Assembly (NCBI GenBank): GCA_045047115.1
Contig: JASFYR010000026.1
Coordinates: 1 to 24,443, forward strand
Reading direction: 5' to 3'
Source: Sulfurospirillum sp.
GTDB lineage: Bacteria; Campylobacterota; Campylobacteria; Campylobacterales; Sulfurospirillaceae
DNA length: 24,443 nucleotides
Shown: piece after piece, positions 1-9,234 of the stretch
Layout: every line of letters starts with the position of its first letter
How positions within the stretch are numbered: position 1 is the stretch's first letter
Program-made: the position numbers and the translations under genes
Notes under the pieces: generated by a model
Told to the model about the DNA's origin: nothing
Seen by the model: only the letters and a program-made list of their open reading frames with translations
Databases searched by the model: none

Positions 1-111
1 CGCTCTGTGTAATTTATTATTATTGTCATCTTGACAAGGAAGTGAATTCCTTGTCAATTCACACTCTACTAAAGCACGAGCTGACGCTCTGTGTAATTTC
101 ATTTTATTGTC
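1..111. repeat. REP-like intergenic repeat cluster (about 84-bp periodicity, truncated by the window edge) containing two palindromes
   Basis: 1-27 and 85-111 match at 24/27 positions (cgctctgtgtaattt identical). Perfect 11-bp stem TTGACAAGGAA/TTCCTTGTCAA at 31-57 with a 5-nt loop. Imperfect hairpin GCACGAGC-TGAC-GCTC(T)GTGT at 74-94. Confidence 0.6.
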
Positions 112-112
112 C

Positions 113-583
113 TTATAATTTTGTTAATTTTATCAAGATGTGGTTTTGTTTGTCTTTAAAGTAAATTCTTTTATCTGTTACTCTATAGACTATATTGTAA
201 TTTTTTGTTTTTATTTTTTGCTCAAACCCACTTTTCATACCCACTTTTCCAACTCCGCCATATATCTCTTGTCCATCTAATATATCATCAAGTAGATTTG
301 CATAATGTCTGTATCCAAAAAATCTCTTGTTAAAATCCAACCTATCCGTACAATATCCATTTATACAGGCATCATTCCCAATCTCTACATGTAAAGCCAA
401 AAATCCAGCTGAAAATATCTCTACGCTTTTGTATCCATCTGCTTTTTTAACAAAACCACTATCAGCTATAGCTATATTTTGCGTTTTTATGACTATTGCA
501 TATGGTGAAGAAAAATTTATATGATGCTTAAATGAGCAACCGGTCACAAGTAGCAACAAAATCAAGGATATAAACAATCTCAA
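113..583 (-). CDS. Lipoprotein, uncharacterised (Campylobacterota-type)
   Basis: 156-aa ORF with a signal peptide ending in lipobox LVTG-C and a C-x4-C pair (CINGYC). Start is TTG and overlaps the upstream EamA stop by 4 nt. Confidence 0.75.
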   Translation of the reverse strand: MRLFISLILLLLVTGCSFKHHINFSSPYAIVIKTQNIAIADSGFVKKADGYKSVEIFSAGFLALHVEIGNDACINGYCTDRLDFNKRFFGYRHYANLLDDILDGQEIYGGVGKVGMKSGFEQKIKTKNYNIVYRVTDKRIYFKDKQNHILIKLTKL

Positions 584-1482
584 CAGGTATATTCCTTTCT
601 TCTTTTATCTCTAAAATATGTTCCCAACTCCGCAGAAATCATACCAAATATGATCAAAAAAGCCCCTGTCAGCTGAGAATATGAGAGAATTTCATTTGCA
701 AAAAAGTACCCAAATACTCCGGCACTCACAGGCTCCATAGTGAAGATAATAGCTGTTTTTGCCGGCGTTGTATACCTCTGCATAGAAGTTTGAATGCCAA
801 AAGCAAAAACTGTAGCAAATATAACTGTGACCACAATAGCCTCTACAAAAGTCACATCAATACTGGGAGGCATCAAACCGCCATCAAATATCAAGGCTAA
901 AAAGAGTGAAAAAAAAGACACAACAAAAAGTTGAACTACAACTAACAGCATAACATCAAATCTCTTAGAGTATCTATCGGTAAACACGATATGCAATGCA
1001 AACATAATGGCACAGATAAAAGCATAACTCTCTCCTGCTCCAAATCCCAAAGTTCCTCCACTTGTCAAAAAATACAACCCGACTGCTGCTATCAATGCTC
1101 CAAACACTGAATAGACTGATGCTTTGATTTTAAATATGATATAGAGTAAGAAAGGGACGATTATGACATTGAGTCCTGTCAAAAATGCCACAGTAGAAGA
1201 GAAAGTCAAGGTCAAGCCAAATGTCTGGAAAGCAAAACCCAAGAACATAAAAAGACCCAATACAGACCCCGCTTTAAGAGTATAAATATCCATGCTGGAT
1301 ATTCTTCTATACGATATGGCTGTCATCAATATAGCTGCCAATAAAAATCTCCAAAAAAGAAATACATATACAGGGGTTTTATCCACAGCTTCTTGAACGA
1401 TAAAAAAAGTACTCCCCCAGGCAAGCGCTACCAAAAACAGTGAAAAATCAGCACCATACTCTTTAATCTTATCTTTAAGCAA
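580..1482 (-). CDS. DMT/EamA family transporter
   Basis: About 10 hydrophobic helices in two EamA repeats (AWGSTF, FWRFLLA, FAFQTFGL, IFTMEPVSA). AAAGGA RBS upstream of a TTG start. Confidence 0.93.
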   Translation of the reverse strand: MLKDKIKEYGADFSLFLVALAWGSTFFIVQEAVDKTPVYVFLFWRFLLAAILMTAISYRRISSMDIYTLKAGSVLGLFMFLGFAFQTFGLTLTFSSTVAFLTGLNVIIVPFLLYIIFKIKASVYSVFGALIAAVGLYFLTSGGTLGFGAGESYAFICAIMFALHIVFTDRYSKRFDVMLLVVVQLFVVSFFSLFLALIFDGGLMPPSIDVTFVEAIVVTVIFATVFAFGIQTSMQRYTTPAKTAIIFTMEPVSAGVFGYFFANEILSYSQLTGAFLIIFGMISAELGTYFRDKRRKEYTC

Positions 1483-1506
1483 TCTTATCCTTTAAACCAA
1501 TCTATA

Positions 1507-1512
1507 ATTCTA
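1507..1512 (-). promoter_or_regulatory. Probable sigma70 -10 box (TAGAAT) for the EamA-lipoprotein operon
   Basis: Minus strand reads aaattaggTAGAATtataga about 25 nt upstream of the EamA start. Confidence 0.4.
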
Positions 1513-1596
1513 CCTAATTTTACACAAAATTAACAATTTTTTAAAAAATGAGTAACAAATATGCAATTTTATCGATATCTTTAACTCTATTTTAGT

Positions 1597-1602
1597 TATA
1601 AT
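1597..1602 (+). promoter_or_regulatory. Probable sigma70 -10 box (TATAAT) for the amino-acid ABC operon
   Basis: ttttagtTATAAT: consensus -10 preceded by a T-rich tract, about 50 nt upstream of the ATPase start. Confidence 0.55.
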
Positions 1603-1651
1603 CGCTAAAATTACAACTGATTTGTAAATAAGACACAATTGAAAGGTGCAG

Positions 1652-2389
1652 ATGGATACTATCGTAAGCATGAAAAATGTTGACAAGTTTTTTAGGGATT
1701 TTCATGCTCTTAAAAATGTAAATTTTAGAGTTGAAACGGGTGAAATAGTAGTTGTATGCGGACCAAGCGGAAGTGGAAAATCAACACTTATAAGATGCAT
1801 AAACAGACTTGAAGACATAGACAGCGGCCAACTCATAGTAGATGGCATTGATGCTTACGCAAAAGACACAAAGCTAAACGAACTTAGAGCTGAAACCGGT
1901 ATGGTTTTTCAGCACTTCAATCTTTTTCCTCATTTAACCATTTTAGAAAACATCACAATCGCCCAGAGAAAAGTAAAAAAACTCTCAAAACATGATGCAG
2001 ATGAAGAGGGACTGAGACTGCTTGAAAAAGTTGGACTTGTCCAAAAAGCAGAGGGCTACCCAAATGAGCTCAGTGGTGGTCAAAAGCAGAGGGTTGCGAT
2101 AGCCAGAACACTGGCCATGAAGCCAAAAGTTCTTCTTTTTGACGAGCCGACAAGTGCGCTTGATCCAGAAATGATAGGTGGCGTTTTGGACGTCATGAGA
2201 AGCTTGGCAAAAGAGAATTACACCATAATCTGTGTGACTCATGAAATGGGCTTTGCAAAAGAGGTCAGCAACAGAGTGGTTTTTATGGATGAGGGTGAAA
2301 TACTCGAAGAGGCAACACCTGAAGAGTTTTTTACAAACCCGAAGACAGATAGAGCAAAAAAATTCCTGCAAGAGATATTAACACATTAA
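1652..2389 (+). CDS. Polar amino-acid ABC transporter ATP-binding protein (GlnQ family)
   Basis: Walker [19 protein letters not shown], signature [13 protein letters not shown], Walker [15 protein letters not shown]-loop [11 protein letters not shown] at 1652 is better spaced from the AAAGG RBS than GTG at 1646. Confidence 0.96.
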   Translation: MDTIVSMKNVDKFFRDFHALKNVNFRVETGEIVVVCGPSGSGKSTLIRCINRLEDIDSGQLIVDGIDAYAKDTKLNELRAETGMVFQHFNLFPHLTILENITIAQRKVKKLSKHDADEEGLRLLEKVGLVQKAEGYPNELSGGQKQRVAIARTLAMKPKVLLFDEPTSALDPEMIGGVLDVMRSLAKENYTIICVTHEMGFAKEVSNRVVFMDEGEILEEATPEEFFTNPKTDRAKKFLQEILTH

Positions 2390-2413
2390 TATAAAAAATT
2401 CAAAGGAGAAAAT

Positions 2414-3214
2414 ATGAAGAAAATTATAGCTGCATTACTTATAATGCTTGGTCTTAATTTGGCTGCTGATGATATCAGCTTATGGCAAAAATCGACTCTA
2501 AATACGATTTTGCAAAGAGGTGAACTAAGAGTTGGGCTAGAGGCTGGATATACGCCTTTTGAGATGAAAAGCAAAAAAGGTCAGATTATAGGTTTTGATG
2601 TTGACATGATGAAAGCTATGGCAAAAGCAATGGGCGTCAAACTAAAGCTTGTTCCGACTGCATGGGATGGCATTATCGCTGGTCTCCTAACAGGTAAGTA
2701 CGACATCATTGCTTCAGGTATGACAGTTACTCAAGAGAGAAACCTAAAAATCAACTTTGCAAATCCTTATATAAGTATCGGTCAAACCATCCTTGCAAAT
2801 AAAAAATTTGCTGGTAAAAGTTGGAGAGATATAGATAAAGCCGGAAATACAGTAGTTACAAAACTGGGTGTTACTGGTGAAATAGCCACAAGAAAGATGT
2901 TCAAACATGCTAAAATCAGAACTTTTGATACAGAAGCAGATGCAGTACAAGAGGTAATGAACGGCAAAGCTGACGCTTTTGTATATGACAAACCGTATAA
3001 TGCAATCTTCTATGCTGCAAAAGGCAAAGGAAAACTTGCTTTCTTAGACAAGCCTCTAACTTATGAACCACTAGGATGGGCTGTAAGAAAAGGTGACCCT
3101 GATTTTTTAAACTGGTTAGATAACTTTTTAAATCGAGTAAAACACGATGGCGTTTATGAAAGAATTTACAACAAATGGTTCAAAAGTGTCAAGTGGCAAA
3201 AAAAGGTAATGTAG
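2414..3214 (+). CDS. Polar amino-acid ABC transporter periplasmic substrate-binding protein (SBP family 3)
   Basis: Signal peptide; LRVGLEAGYTPFE, GFDVD, WDGIIAGLLTGKYD, GMTVTQER motifs; AAGGAG RBS. Confidence 0.95.
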   Translation: MKKIIAALLIMLGLNLAADDISLWQKSTLNTILQRGELRVGLEAGYTPFEMKSKKGQIIGFDVDMMKAMAKAMGVKLKLVPTAWDGIIAGLLTGKYDIIASGMTVTQERNLKINFANPYISIGQTILANKKFAGKSWRDIDKAGNTVVTKLGVTGEIATRKMFKHAKIRTFDTEADAVQEVMNGKADAFVYDKPYNAIFYAAKGKGKLAFLDKPLTYEPLGWAVRKGDPDFLNWLDNFLNRVKHDGVYERIYNKWFKSVKWQKKVM

Positions 3215-3215
3215 T

Positions 3216-4181
3216 TTGTCAAGAAAACAACAACCAATACTAGAAAACAGAATCTTCGGCCACATTGTGGCCGTTGCCTTTTTTATAATTCTTGGATATT
3301 CGCTCTTTGTAGCTTCTTCAAATATGAACTATATTTGGAAGTGGAACAGTGTCCCCAAGTACTTTGCTTATCAACAAGACACTACGATTCAAGCACCATT
3401 TGACGGAAAAGTAAGCCTTAAAAATGGCATAATTGAAGTCAAAGGTGAAAACGGAGTCAAGGATTTTAAAATATCCAAGAATTATAAAGTTTTAGTTGAC
3501 AACAATGATGATGTATATCAAGATGATGATTTAGCAACATATACAACATGGAAAGAGGGCCCTATCCTAAATGGTCTTTTTGTTACACTGAAAATTTCAG
3601 GATTAGCACTGATTATAGCTTTTATTTTAGCTTCATTTTTAGCTTTTATGAGGATATCAAACTATCAGTTCCTAAAAGATATAGCTACATTTTATATAGC
3701 GATTATTAGAGGAACCCCTCTGCTTGTTCAGATCTTTATCTTCTACTTTATAATAGCTACCATATTTAGTATAGAAAGATTTTATGCAGGAGCCATATCC
3801 CTTGGTCTCTTTTATGGAGCCTATATAGCAGAAGTTTTAAGAGGCGCTATACAGTCTATAGATAAAGGTCAAACAGAGGCGGCAAAATCACTTGGAATGA
3901 ACTATGTCCAAACTATGGGCAGTATCGTAATGCCTCAAGCTCTCAAAAGAGCTCTGCCTACACTTGTAGGTGAGATGATTGCGCTCGTAAAAGACTCTTC
4001 TTTGGTCTCTGTAATTTCCATTACAGACTTGACAAAAGTTGGACGAGAGATTGTTGCAAATACATTTTCTCCATTTGAGACATGGTTGGTTGTGGCAGCT
4101 ATATACTTTGCTATCACTTTTACTCTGTCCATAGTAGGTAGAAAACTTGAAAACAGAATGAAAAAACAAGGTGGTATGTAG
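3216..4181 (+). CDS. Polar amino-acid ABC transporter permease (HisM/GlnP family) with an extra periplasmic domain
   Basis: IIRGTPLLVQ, AYIAEVLRGAIQSIDKGQTEAAKSLG (EAA loop) and LVKDSSL motifs. About 60-aa soluble insertion after TM1. TTG start 1 nt after the SBP stop. Confidence 0.94.
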   Translation: MSRKQQPILENRIFGHIVAVAFFIILGYSLFVASSNMNYIWKWNSVPKYFAYQQDTTIQAPFDGKVSLKNGIIEVKGENGVKDFKISKNYKVLVDNNDDVYQDDDLATYTTWKEGPILNGLFVTLKISGLALIIAFILASFLAFMRISNYQFLKDIATFYIAIIRGTPLLVQIFIFYFIIATIFSIERFYAGAISLGLFYGAYIAEVLRGAIQSIDKGQTEAAKSLGMNYVQTMGSIVMPQALKRALPTLVGEMIALVKDSSLVSVISITDLTKVGREIVANTFSPFETWLVVAAIYFAITFTLSIVGRKLENRMKKQGGM

Positions 4182-4206
4182 AGATCCTGCAAGATCTCTA
4201 CATACC
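4173..4206. terminator. Probable bidirectional terminator hairpin between convergent operons
   Basis: Perfect 14-bp inverted repeat GGTATGTAGAGATC (4173-4186) / GATCTCTACATACC (4193-4206) with loop CTGCAA. It touches the stop codons of both convergent genes. Confidence 0.7.
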
Positions 4207-5308
4207 TAAAAAACATAATAGCTTAGCTCATCTCTTAACTCTTGCTTTATCTCTTCTTCTCTTTTGCCAATATATCTTTTTATGATTTTTATATTTTTCA
4301 GATCAGGAAAAATCTTTAGGCAATACCGACAGGACTTCATATACTGCATGATATCCACTATCTCTCCTATTGTTTTTACGGAATGCTTTTTCTTGTCATA
4401 TGTCACATCAAACTCTATATTTATCTTTGTTCCATTATAAAAACCCAAATTTTCTTCGCTAATCATATCTATGCCGTTTTGAGACAAATCGTACAGGTTT
4501 CCAACTGCTTGCAAGTCGTTCCTGCCAACCAATTTTGCATGTATCAGAATTTTAGGATAAATTCTTGGGAATTTTCTTTGAACTGCCGGCAGATTTAACA
4601 AATATATAAAATTATTTAATACAATGGTGCTATTAGAAAAATTGCTATAAACTATATCAGCTTTAACATGTCTGTGAAAGTATTTGTCTTTTACTATGTA
4701 TGCTTTTCCTTCTAATTTCATAGCAATTTCCTGAAGTTCACTATCTAGTTTAAATACAACATCCTCATCATCAATATCGATAATTTTACCACTGCCCCTA
4801 ACCGGATAACCTTGATAGAGATTCATAAATTCTATACTTTTATTTCCTTTTTTTATATTTTTAAAAATATCCAATATATTATTTCTGGAATAGATATAAT
4901 TATTATCTCCAAAACCAACTATCCCGTCACTGTCTTCAAGATTTATCTTTATATAATTCTCAAATGAGTGTGAAAATCTATTGAAAATTTCGATTAGTTT
5001 TTCAAGATATCCAAGATTATTAAGATTCTTTTTCTGAAGAAAATAGAGATAGTTTTCAAGAGTATATAAAAAACTTTATTTATTAAAAAACCGATAAATA
5101 CATCGTCTTTTTTCATTTGAACAATTGTAGCATTGACTGTGGAACTTATATCTATCTTGTCTGCAAAAAGATTATCCAGAATATTTTTGGCAACTTTTTT
5201 AGTCTCCTGTGCATTTAGTGCATAATCATAATTACTACACTGTGAAGAAAAAAATTCGATAAATTTACTCTCAAAGCCAGATAAAAAAATCTTAAAATTT
5301 TCTTCCAT
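4206..5308 (-). pseudogene. PilZ-domain (c-di-GMP receptor) protein, split by an apparent 1-nt frameshift into track ORFs 4994..5308 and 4206..4874
   Basis: The C-terminal ORF has QRKFPR (RxxxR) and DLSQNG (DxSxxG) PilZ motifs. Its frame stays open upstream to 5075 and overlaps ORF 4994..5308. One extra T in the T6 run (A6 at 5068-5073 on +) joins them into a 367-aa protein. May be a sequencing error rather than a true pseudogene. Confidence 0.75.
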
Positions 5309-5312
5309 ACAA

Positions 5313-6167
5313 CTACCCTTTTACCATCAAACTGTTTAATCCTAAGCTAATCTTGGTACCAATTCCAAGTTTTGAGTCTATTTTAACCCGGATATTAGAC
5401 TCATCACAAAATGTCTTAACTATACTCAAACCGATACCATAGCCTTTCTTGTTTTGCTCTCCTTGGTAATATCTGTCAAAGATAAGAAACAGATCAGATT
5501 CGCTCATCCCAATACCTCTATCTTCAATAGTAAGTTCATTATAGCCCAAAACAACCGATATATCATTGTTGTTTTGATTATATTTTAATGCATTTCCCAA
5601 TAAATTACTAAAAACTTTTTGAAAGCCTCTTTTATCTGTATATACGTCCATAGATTCCAATTCGCATTTTATCTTTACATCCGGATATAAAATAGCAAAT
5701 TTTTCTACCTCCATTAATAAAAAATTCGATAATTCAAACTCTTCTCTTACTTCGTTTTTAGTCTCTTTTTTGATGTAATAATCAACATCTTCATAAAGGT
5801 TAAACAATTCGTCGCTAGCCTTTTGTATTCTATCATATCTTTTGAGTTTTTTTTCATCTTTTTCATTTGTCAAAAGCATCTGGGTATTTGCTTTTATGAC
5901 AGAGAGTGGAATATTTAATTCATGTAAAGTATCTTTTAATAAGAGATTTAGGAGGTAGTTGGTCTTAAAAGATTTTCCTAAAAAATATCTTGACAAATGG
6001 TAACTCAAAAGCATTATCAATATAATAGATAAAAACACTATTATATATTTGATCTCGGTAGAAAAAAGTGATTTATCTATCAAAAAGCCTGAAAAAAATA
6101 TAAAAATAGCAAAAATAAACACAAAAAGGGTATTTAGATATATAAGTTTTTTTTCGCTACTTTTCAA
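5313..6167 (-). CDS. Sensor histidine kinase (two TM helices, no extracytoplasmic domain)
   Basis: H-box DTLHELNIPLSVI, N-box NLLGNALKY, G1 IEDRGIGM, F-box IFDRYYQ, G2 GYGIGLSIV. Start is TTG at 6167 or 6179, overlapping the regulator's 3' end. Confidence 0.92.
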   Translation of the reverse strand: MKSSEKKLIYLNTLFVFIFAIFIFFSGFLIDKSLFSTEIKYIIVFLSIILIMLLSYHLSRYFLGKSFKTNYLLNLLLKDTLHELNIPLSVIKANTQMLLTNEKDEKKLKRYDRIQKASDELFNLYEDVDYYIKKETKNEVREEFELSNFLLMEVEKFAILYPDVKIKCELESMDVYTDKRGFQKVFSNLLGNALKYNQNNNDISVVLGYNELTIEDRGIGMSESDLFLIFDRYYQGEQNKKGYGIGLSIVKTFCDESNIRVKIDSKLGIGTKISLGLNSLMVKG

Positions 6168-6816
6168 ATCTATACCCAATTCCTCTGATGTTTATAATAG
6201 AATCTTTACCAAATATCTTTTTTAAGTTTGTTATATAGACTCTGATAGACCCTATATTGGCAACTTCATTTTTCCATAATCGCTCCACAATCATCTCTGT
6301 AGTCACCACTTTTCCTCTATTTTCTATCAACAGGCATAAAAGCTTATAGTCCTTGAGATTCAAATCCAACTCGATACCAGAATCAAAAACTCTTTTTCTC
6401 TCTTTATTTATATAAAAACCGCCAAAGATCTTAATTTCATCTTCATCATTAACTTTTCTTGACAAAACCGCTTTGATTCTAAAAAGAACTTCATCCAAAT
6501 CAAACGGTTTTTTTATATAATCATCTGCGCCTTGTCCAAAACCCTCTGCCAGACTCTCTTTGTCCCTAAGAGAAGTTAAAAATATAGCGGGAGTTTTGCA
6601 GCCGATATTTCGCATCTGTTTTAAAAATTCAAAACCGTTTATATCCGGCACCTTGACATCCAGCAAGAAAAGATCAAAATCTTCATTATATGTAAAACTC
6701 AGTGCCTCATTACCGTTCTTGGCAAGTCTGACTCTATAGCCATTGTCACTCAAAAACTCATCCAAAGTTTCAAGCAAAAGTTCATTGTCTTCTAAAATCA
6801 AAATTTTATAAGACAT
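6157..6816 (-). CDS. OmpR/PhoB-family two-component response regulator
   Basis: Receiver domain ([24 protein letters not shown]) plus winged-helix C-terminus ([18 protein letters not shown]). Confidence 0.95.
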   Translation of the reverse strand: MSYKILILEDNELLLETLDEFLSDNGYRVRLAKNGNEALSFTYNEDFDLFLLDVKVPDINGFEFLKQMRNIGCKTPAIFLTSLRDKESLAEGFGQGADDYIKKPFDLDEVLFRIKAVLSRKVNDEDEIKIFGGFYINKERKRVFDSGIELDLNLKDYKLLCLLIENRGKVVTTEMIVERLWKNEVANIGSIRVYITNLKKIFGKDSIINIRGIGYRFEK

Positions 6817-7813
6817 CTTTTATACTCCAGGAGAGTTCTTGTGCAGCAAACATAGGCACAACATCCCCATAAGATTTTGGCACTCTAAAGGGTATTTTCT
6901 CTAAAATAACCACTTTTTCTATCGGCTCATACTCATATATTTTTCTAGCATTATCGCTTACAAAAGCTTGCAGGTTATCTAAAGATTTATGTTTTTCAAA
7001 CAACATAGCCAAAGCTTGAAGTGCCACCGGAGCCGTAAAAACACCAGCCGCGCAACCACAACACTCTTTTTTATCAACAGGATGAGGAGCAGAATCGCTA
7101 CCAAACATAACTTTTGGATGAGCATTAAGAGCTAGATTTAAAAGAGCCTCTCTGTCTTCAGGTCTCTTTGCAATCGGTTTACAAAAAAGATGGGGGGAAA
7201 GCATACCCCCTGCTACATCATCAAGAGTGATATAGAGATGATGGAGAGTTATCGTAGCATATAGATTTTCATATTTATTCAGTAGTTTTGCACTGTGCTT
7301 TGTAGTTATATGCTCCATCACAATTTTGAGCTTTGGAAAATTCTTTGCAAACTGCTCATAAACACTACCAAACTCCCTCTCTCTATCCATCACAAAACCA
7401 TTTGTCTCACCATGGACCAAAAGAGGGATACCAAGTTCACTCATAGCTTCAAATGTATCTCTTAACTCTTCTATATCCATACTGCTCACTCCCCCTTCTG
7501 AATTGGTAGTGATACCTGAGGGGTAGAGTTTGAGTGCAGATATATATTTTTTTGCCTCTTTTAAGAACTCATAACTATAGTCATTTTTGAAAAACAGTGT
7601 CATAAGCGGCTCAAATTTATCTCTACATGTAGGCCTTAAAATTCTATCTTTGTATCTCAATAACGCATCTATCGTAGTAACAGGCGGAACAAGATTTGGC
7701 ATAATAATCGCACCTGCAAAAGCATAAGAGCTAAGAGGTGCCACAGTTTTTAGCATATTTTCATCTCGCAGATGAAGATGCATATCTAACGGTGAGGATA
7801 GCTTAATCTGCAT
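6806..7813 (-). CDS. pyrC: Dihydroorotase (homodimeric type)
   Basis: [45 protein letters not shown] and FGSDSAPHP motifs. Confidence 0.97.
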   Translation of the reverse strand: MQIKLSSPLDMHLHLRDENMLKTVAPLSSYAFAGAIIMPNLVPPVTTIDALLRYKDRILRPTCRDKFEPLMTLFFKNDYSYEFLKEAKKYISALKLYPSGITTNSEGGVSSMDIEELRDTFEAMSELGIPLLVHGETNGFVMDREREFGSVYEQFAKNFPKLKIVMEHITTKHSAKLLNKYENLYATITLHHLYITLDDVAGGMLSPHLFCKPIAKRPEDREALLNLALNAHPKVMFGSDSAPHPVDKKECCGCAAGVFTAPVALQALAMLFEKHKSLDNLQAFVSDNARKIYEYEPIEKVVILEKIPFRVPKSYGDVVPMFAAQELSWSIKDVL

Positions 7814-7840
7814 ATTTTTTCCTTTTATAATCTTTTAATA

Positions 7841-7849
7841 ATTATACCA
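7841..7849 (-). promoter_or_regulatory. Extended -10 promoter (TGnTATAAT) for the pyrC-RR-HK-PilZ operon
   Basis: Minus strand reads aattTTGGTATAATtatt 28 nt upstream of the pyrC ATG; AAGGA RBS present. Confidence 0.6.
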
Positions 7850-7962
7850 AAATTACTGCAACCCTTAACAGAAGAAATACATAGTAGACAGTTAGATATA
7901 GAAGAAGATAGTGGTAATTGAAAAATCTAGCAAGAGCCAGGTTAAAAGTAAATTTTACAAAA

Positions 7963-9207
7963 TTAGACTAAAAAACCTGCTAGCATAGTTAAACCTCCTA
8001 GCAATATCAAGACAATCCCACTGATAACTCCGATCTTATTTTTAGAAAATACATATGAGTATATCGCTTTTAAGATATTGTTGCTTCCTACAGCAATCAA
8101 AATAGCAGTAGTAGCTGCGTCAGCTGTGACATTAAATTTTGAGGAGAGTATGGACAACACGAAAGGGTCAATGTCAGTCAAACCTACTATAAAAGAGAGG
8201 ATGTTTAGACCCATATCACCATATCTGCTAAGCACTATATGCGTAAGTGATGCCAAAAAAATAAACATAAATGCAAATAAAAATGCGGTTCCTAGCTCAA
8301 GTGGATTTTGATCCTCTTCTTCATTAAGATTGGACTGCAGGTCTCTTCGTGCCTTGTAGTAAAAATACATTGAGACAAGCGAAGTGATAAGGGCTAAAAC
8401 TATAAAAGGTATAGCCAATTTATCAGCAATTTGTATGTTAAAAGCAAAAGCAATTCCAAGCAATCTTAGATACATAACTGCGGTTGCTATAATGATAGAT
8501 GATACAAAAAGATTGACTGATTTACTGGTTTTTGCTTTCTTGGCCAATACTATAGTAGTAGCCGTACTCGAGTAGATGCCTCCAAGTATTCCGGTCAGCC
8601 AATACCCCTTCTCTTTAAATATATACTTTTTTAGAATATAGCCGGTATATGAGAACATGGAGACTACTACTACTGCCAGCCATACTTTAAAAAATGATAC
8701 AGGTATATACTCGTGAATATTATTTCTAGGGAGCAGAGGCAAAATAACGCCACTCAAAAGTACAACTTTTGCAAGTGTTTCTACCTCTTTTTCATCAAAT
8801 ATCTTGTAGAATTTTTTTAATCGCTTATTTAGATTTGTTATAAATACTATGGCAATAAACACGACTATTAAAAACCAAGCATCAAATTTAAGTATGATTA
8901 TACCAAAAGTATAGACCAAAGAGGTAAGCAAAAACAGTAAAATTCCACTCTTTTTATTTTGTAGTTTATATGCATAAAAAAGTAAAAAATGAGCCACTAT
9001 GGCCACATATCCAAGTATGTAAAGATATATATTTATCTTGGCAAATACATAACTGACCAAGGCTATAAAAGCATAAGTCCTGACACTGCCTATCTCACTA
9101 GCCGAATCTTTCTTCAATCTGTGTGTTTTTATATCCAAACCTATCAAAAAACCGGCAAGTGTGACTATAACCAACTTTACCCACTCTTGATTTAATAATA
9201 TTTCCAA
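7963..9207 (-). CDS. MgtC/SapB-family N-terminal domain plus DUF4010 membrane protein
   Basis: GFLIGL...GSVRTYAFI (MgtC-like), VILPLLP, GGIYSSTATT, NPLEL and GLTDIDPF motifs; about 12 TM helices; AGGAG RBS before a TTG start. Confidence 0.88.
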   Translation of the reverse strand: MEILLNQEWVKLVIVTLAGFLIGLDIKTHRLKKDSASEIGSVRTYAFIALVSYVFAKINIYLYILGYVAIVAHFLLFYAYKLQNKKSGILLFLLTSLVYTFGIIILKFDAWFLIVVFIAIVFITNLNKRLKKFYKIFDEKEVETLAKVVLLSGVILPLLPRNNIHEYIPVSFFKVWLAVVVVSMFSYTGYILKKYIFKEKGYWLTGILGGIYSSTATTIVLAKKAKTSKSVNLFVSSIIIATAVMYLRLLGIAFAFNIQIADKLAIPFIVLALITSLVSMYFYYKARRDLQSNLNEEEDQNPLELGTAFLFAFMFIFLASLTHIVLSRYGDMGLNILSFIVGLTDIDPFVLSILSSKFNVTADAATTAILIAVGSNNILKAIYSYVFSKNKIGVISGIVLILLGGLTMLAGFLV

Positions 9208-9234
9208 GCCTTGCTCCTAAAGCATTTAGAATAT

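Noticed and set aside
1..111. CRISPR array remnant
   Set aside because: Only two imperfect copies. The intervening 57 nt is long for a spacer and is itself palindromic, and no cas genes are in the window.
4994..5308. Independent 104-aa hypothetical gene
   Set aside because: Better explained as the 5' part of the frameshifted PilZ gene; its last residues are out-of-frame read-through.
7192..7197. G6 tract as a Campylobacter-style phase-variable site
   Set aside because: Short tract inside intact, in-frame pyrC; contingency tracts are usually longer and in surface-related genes.
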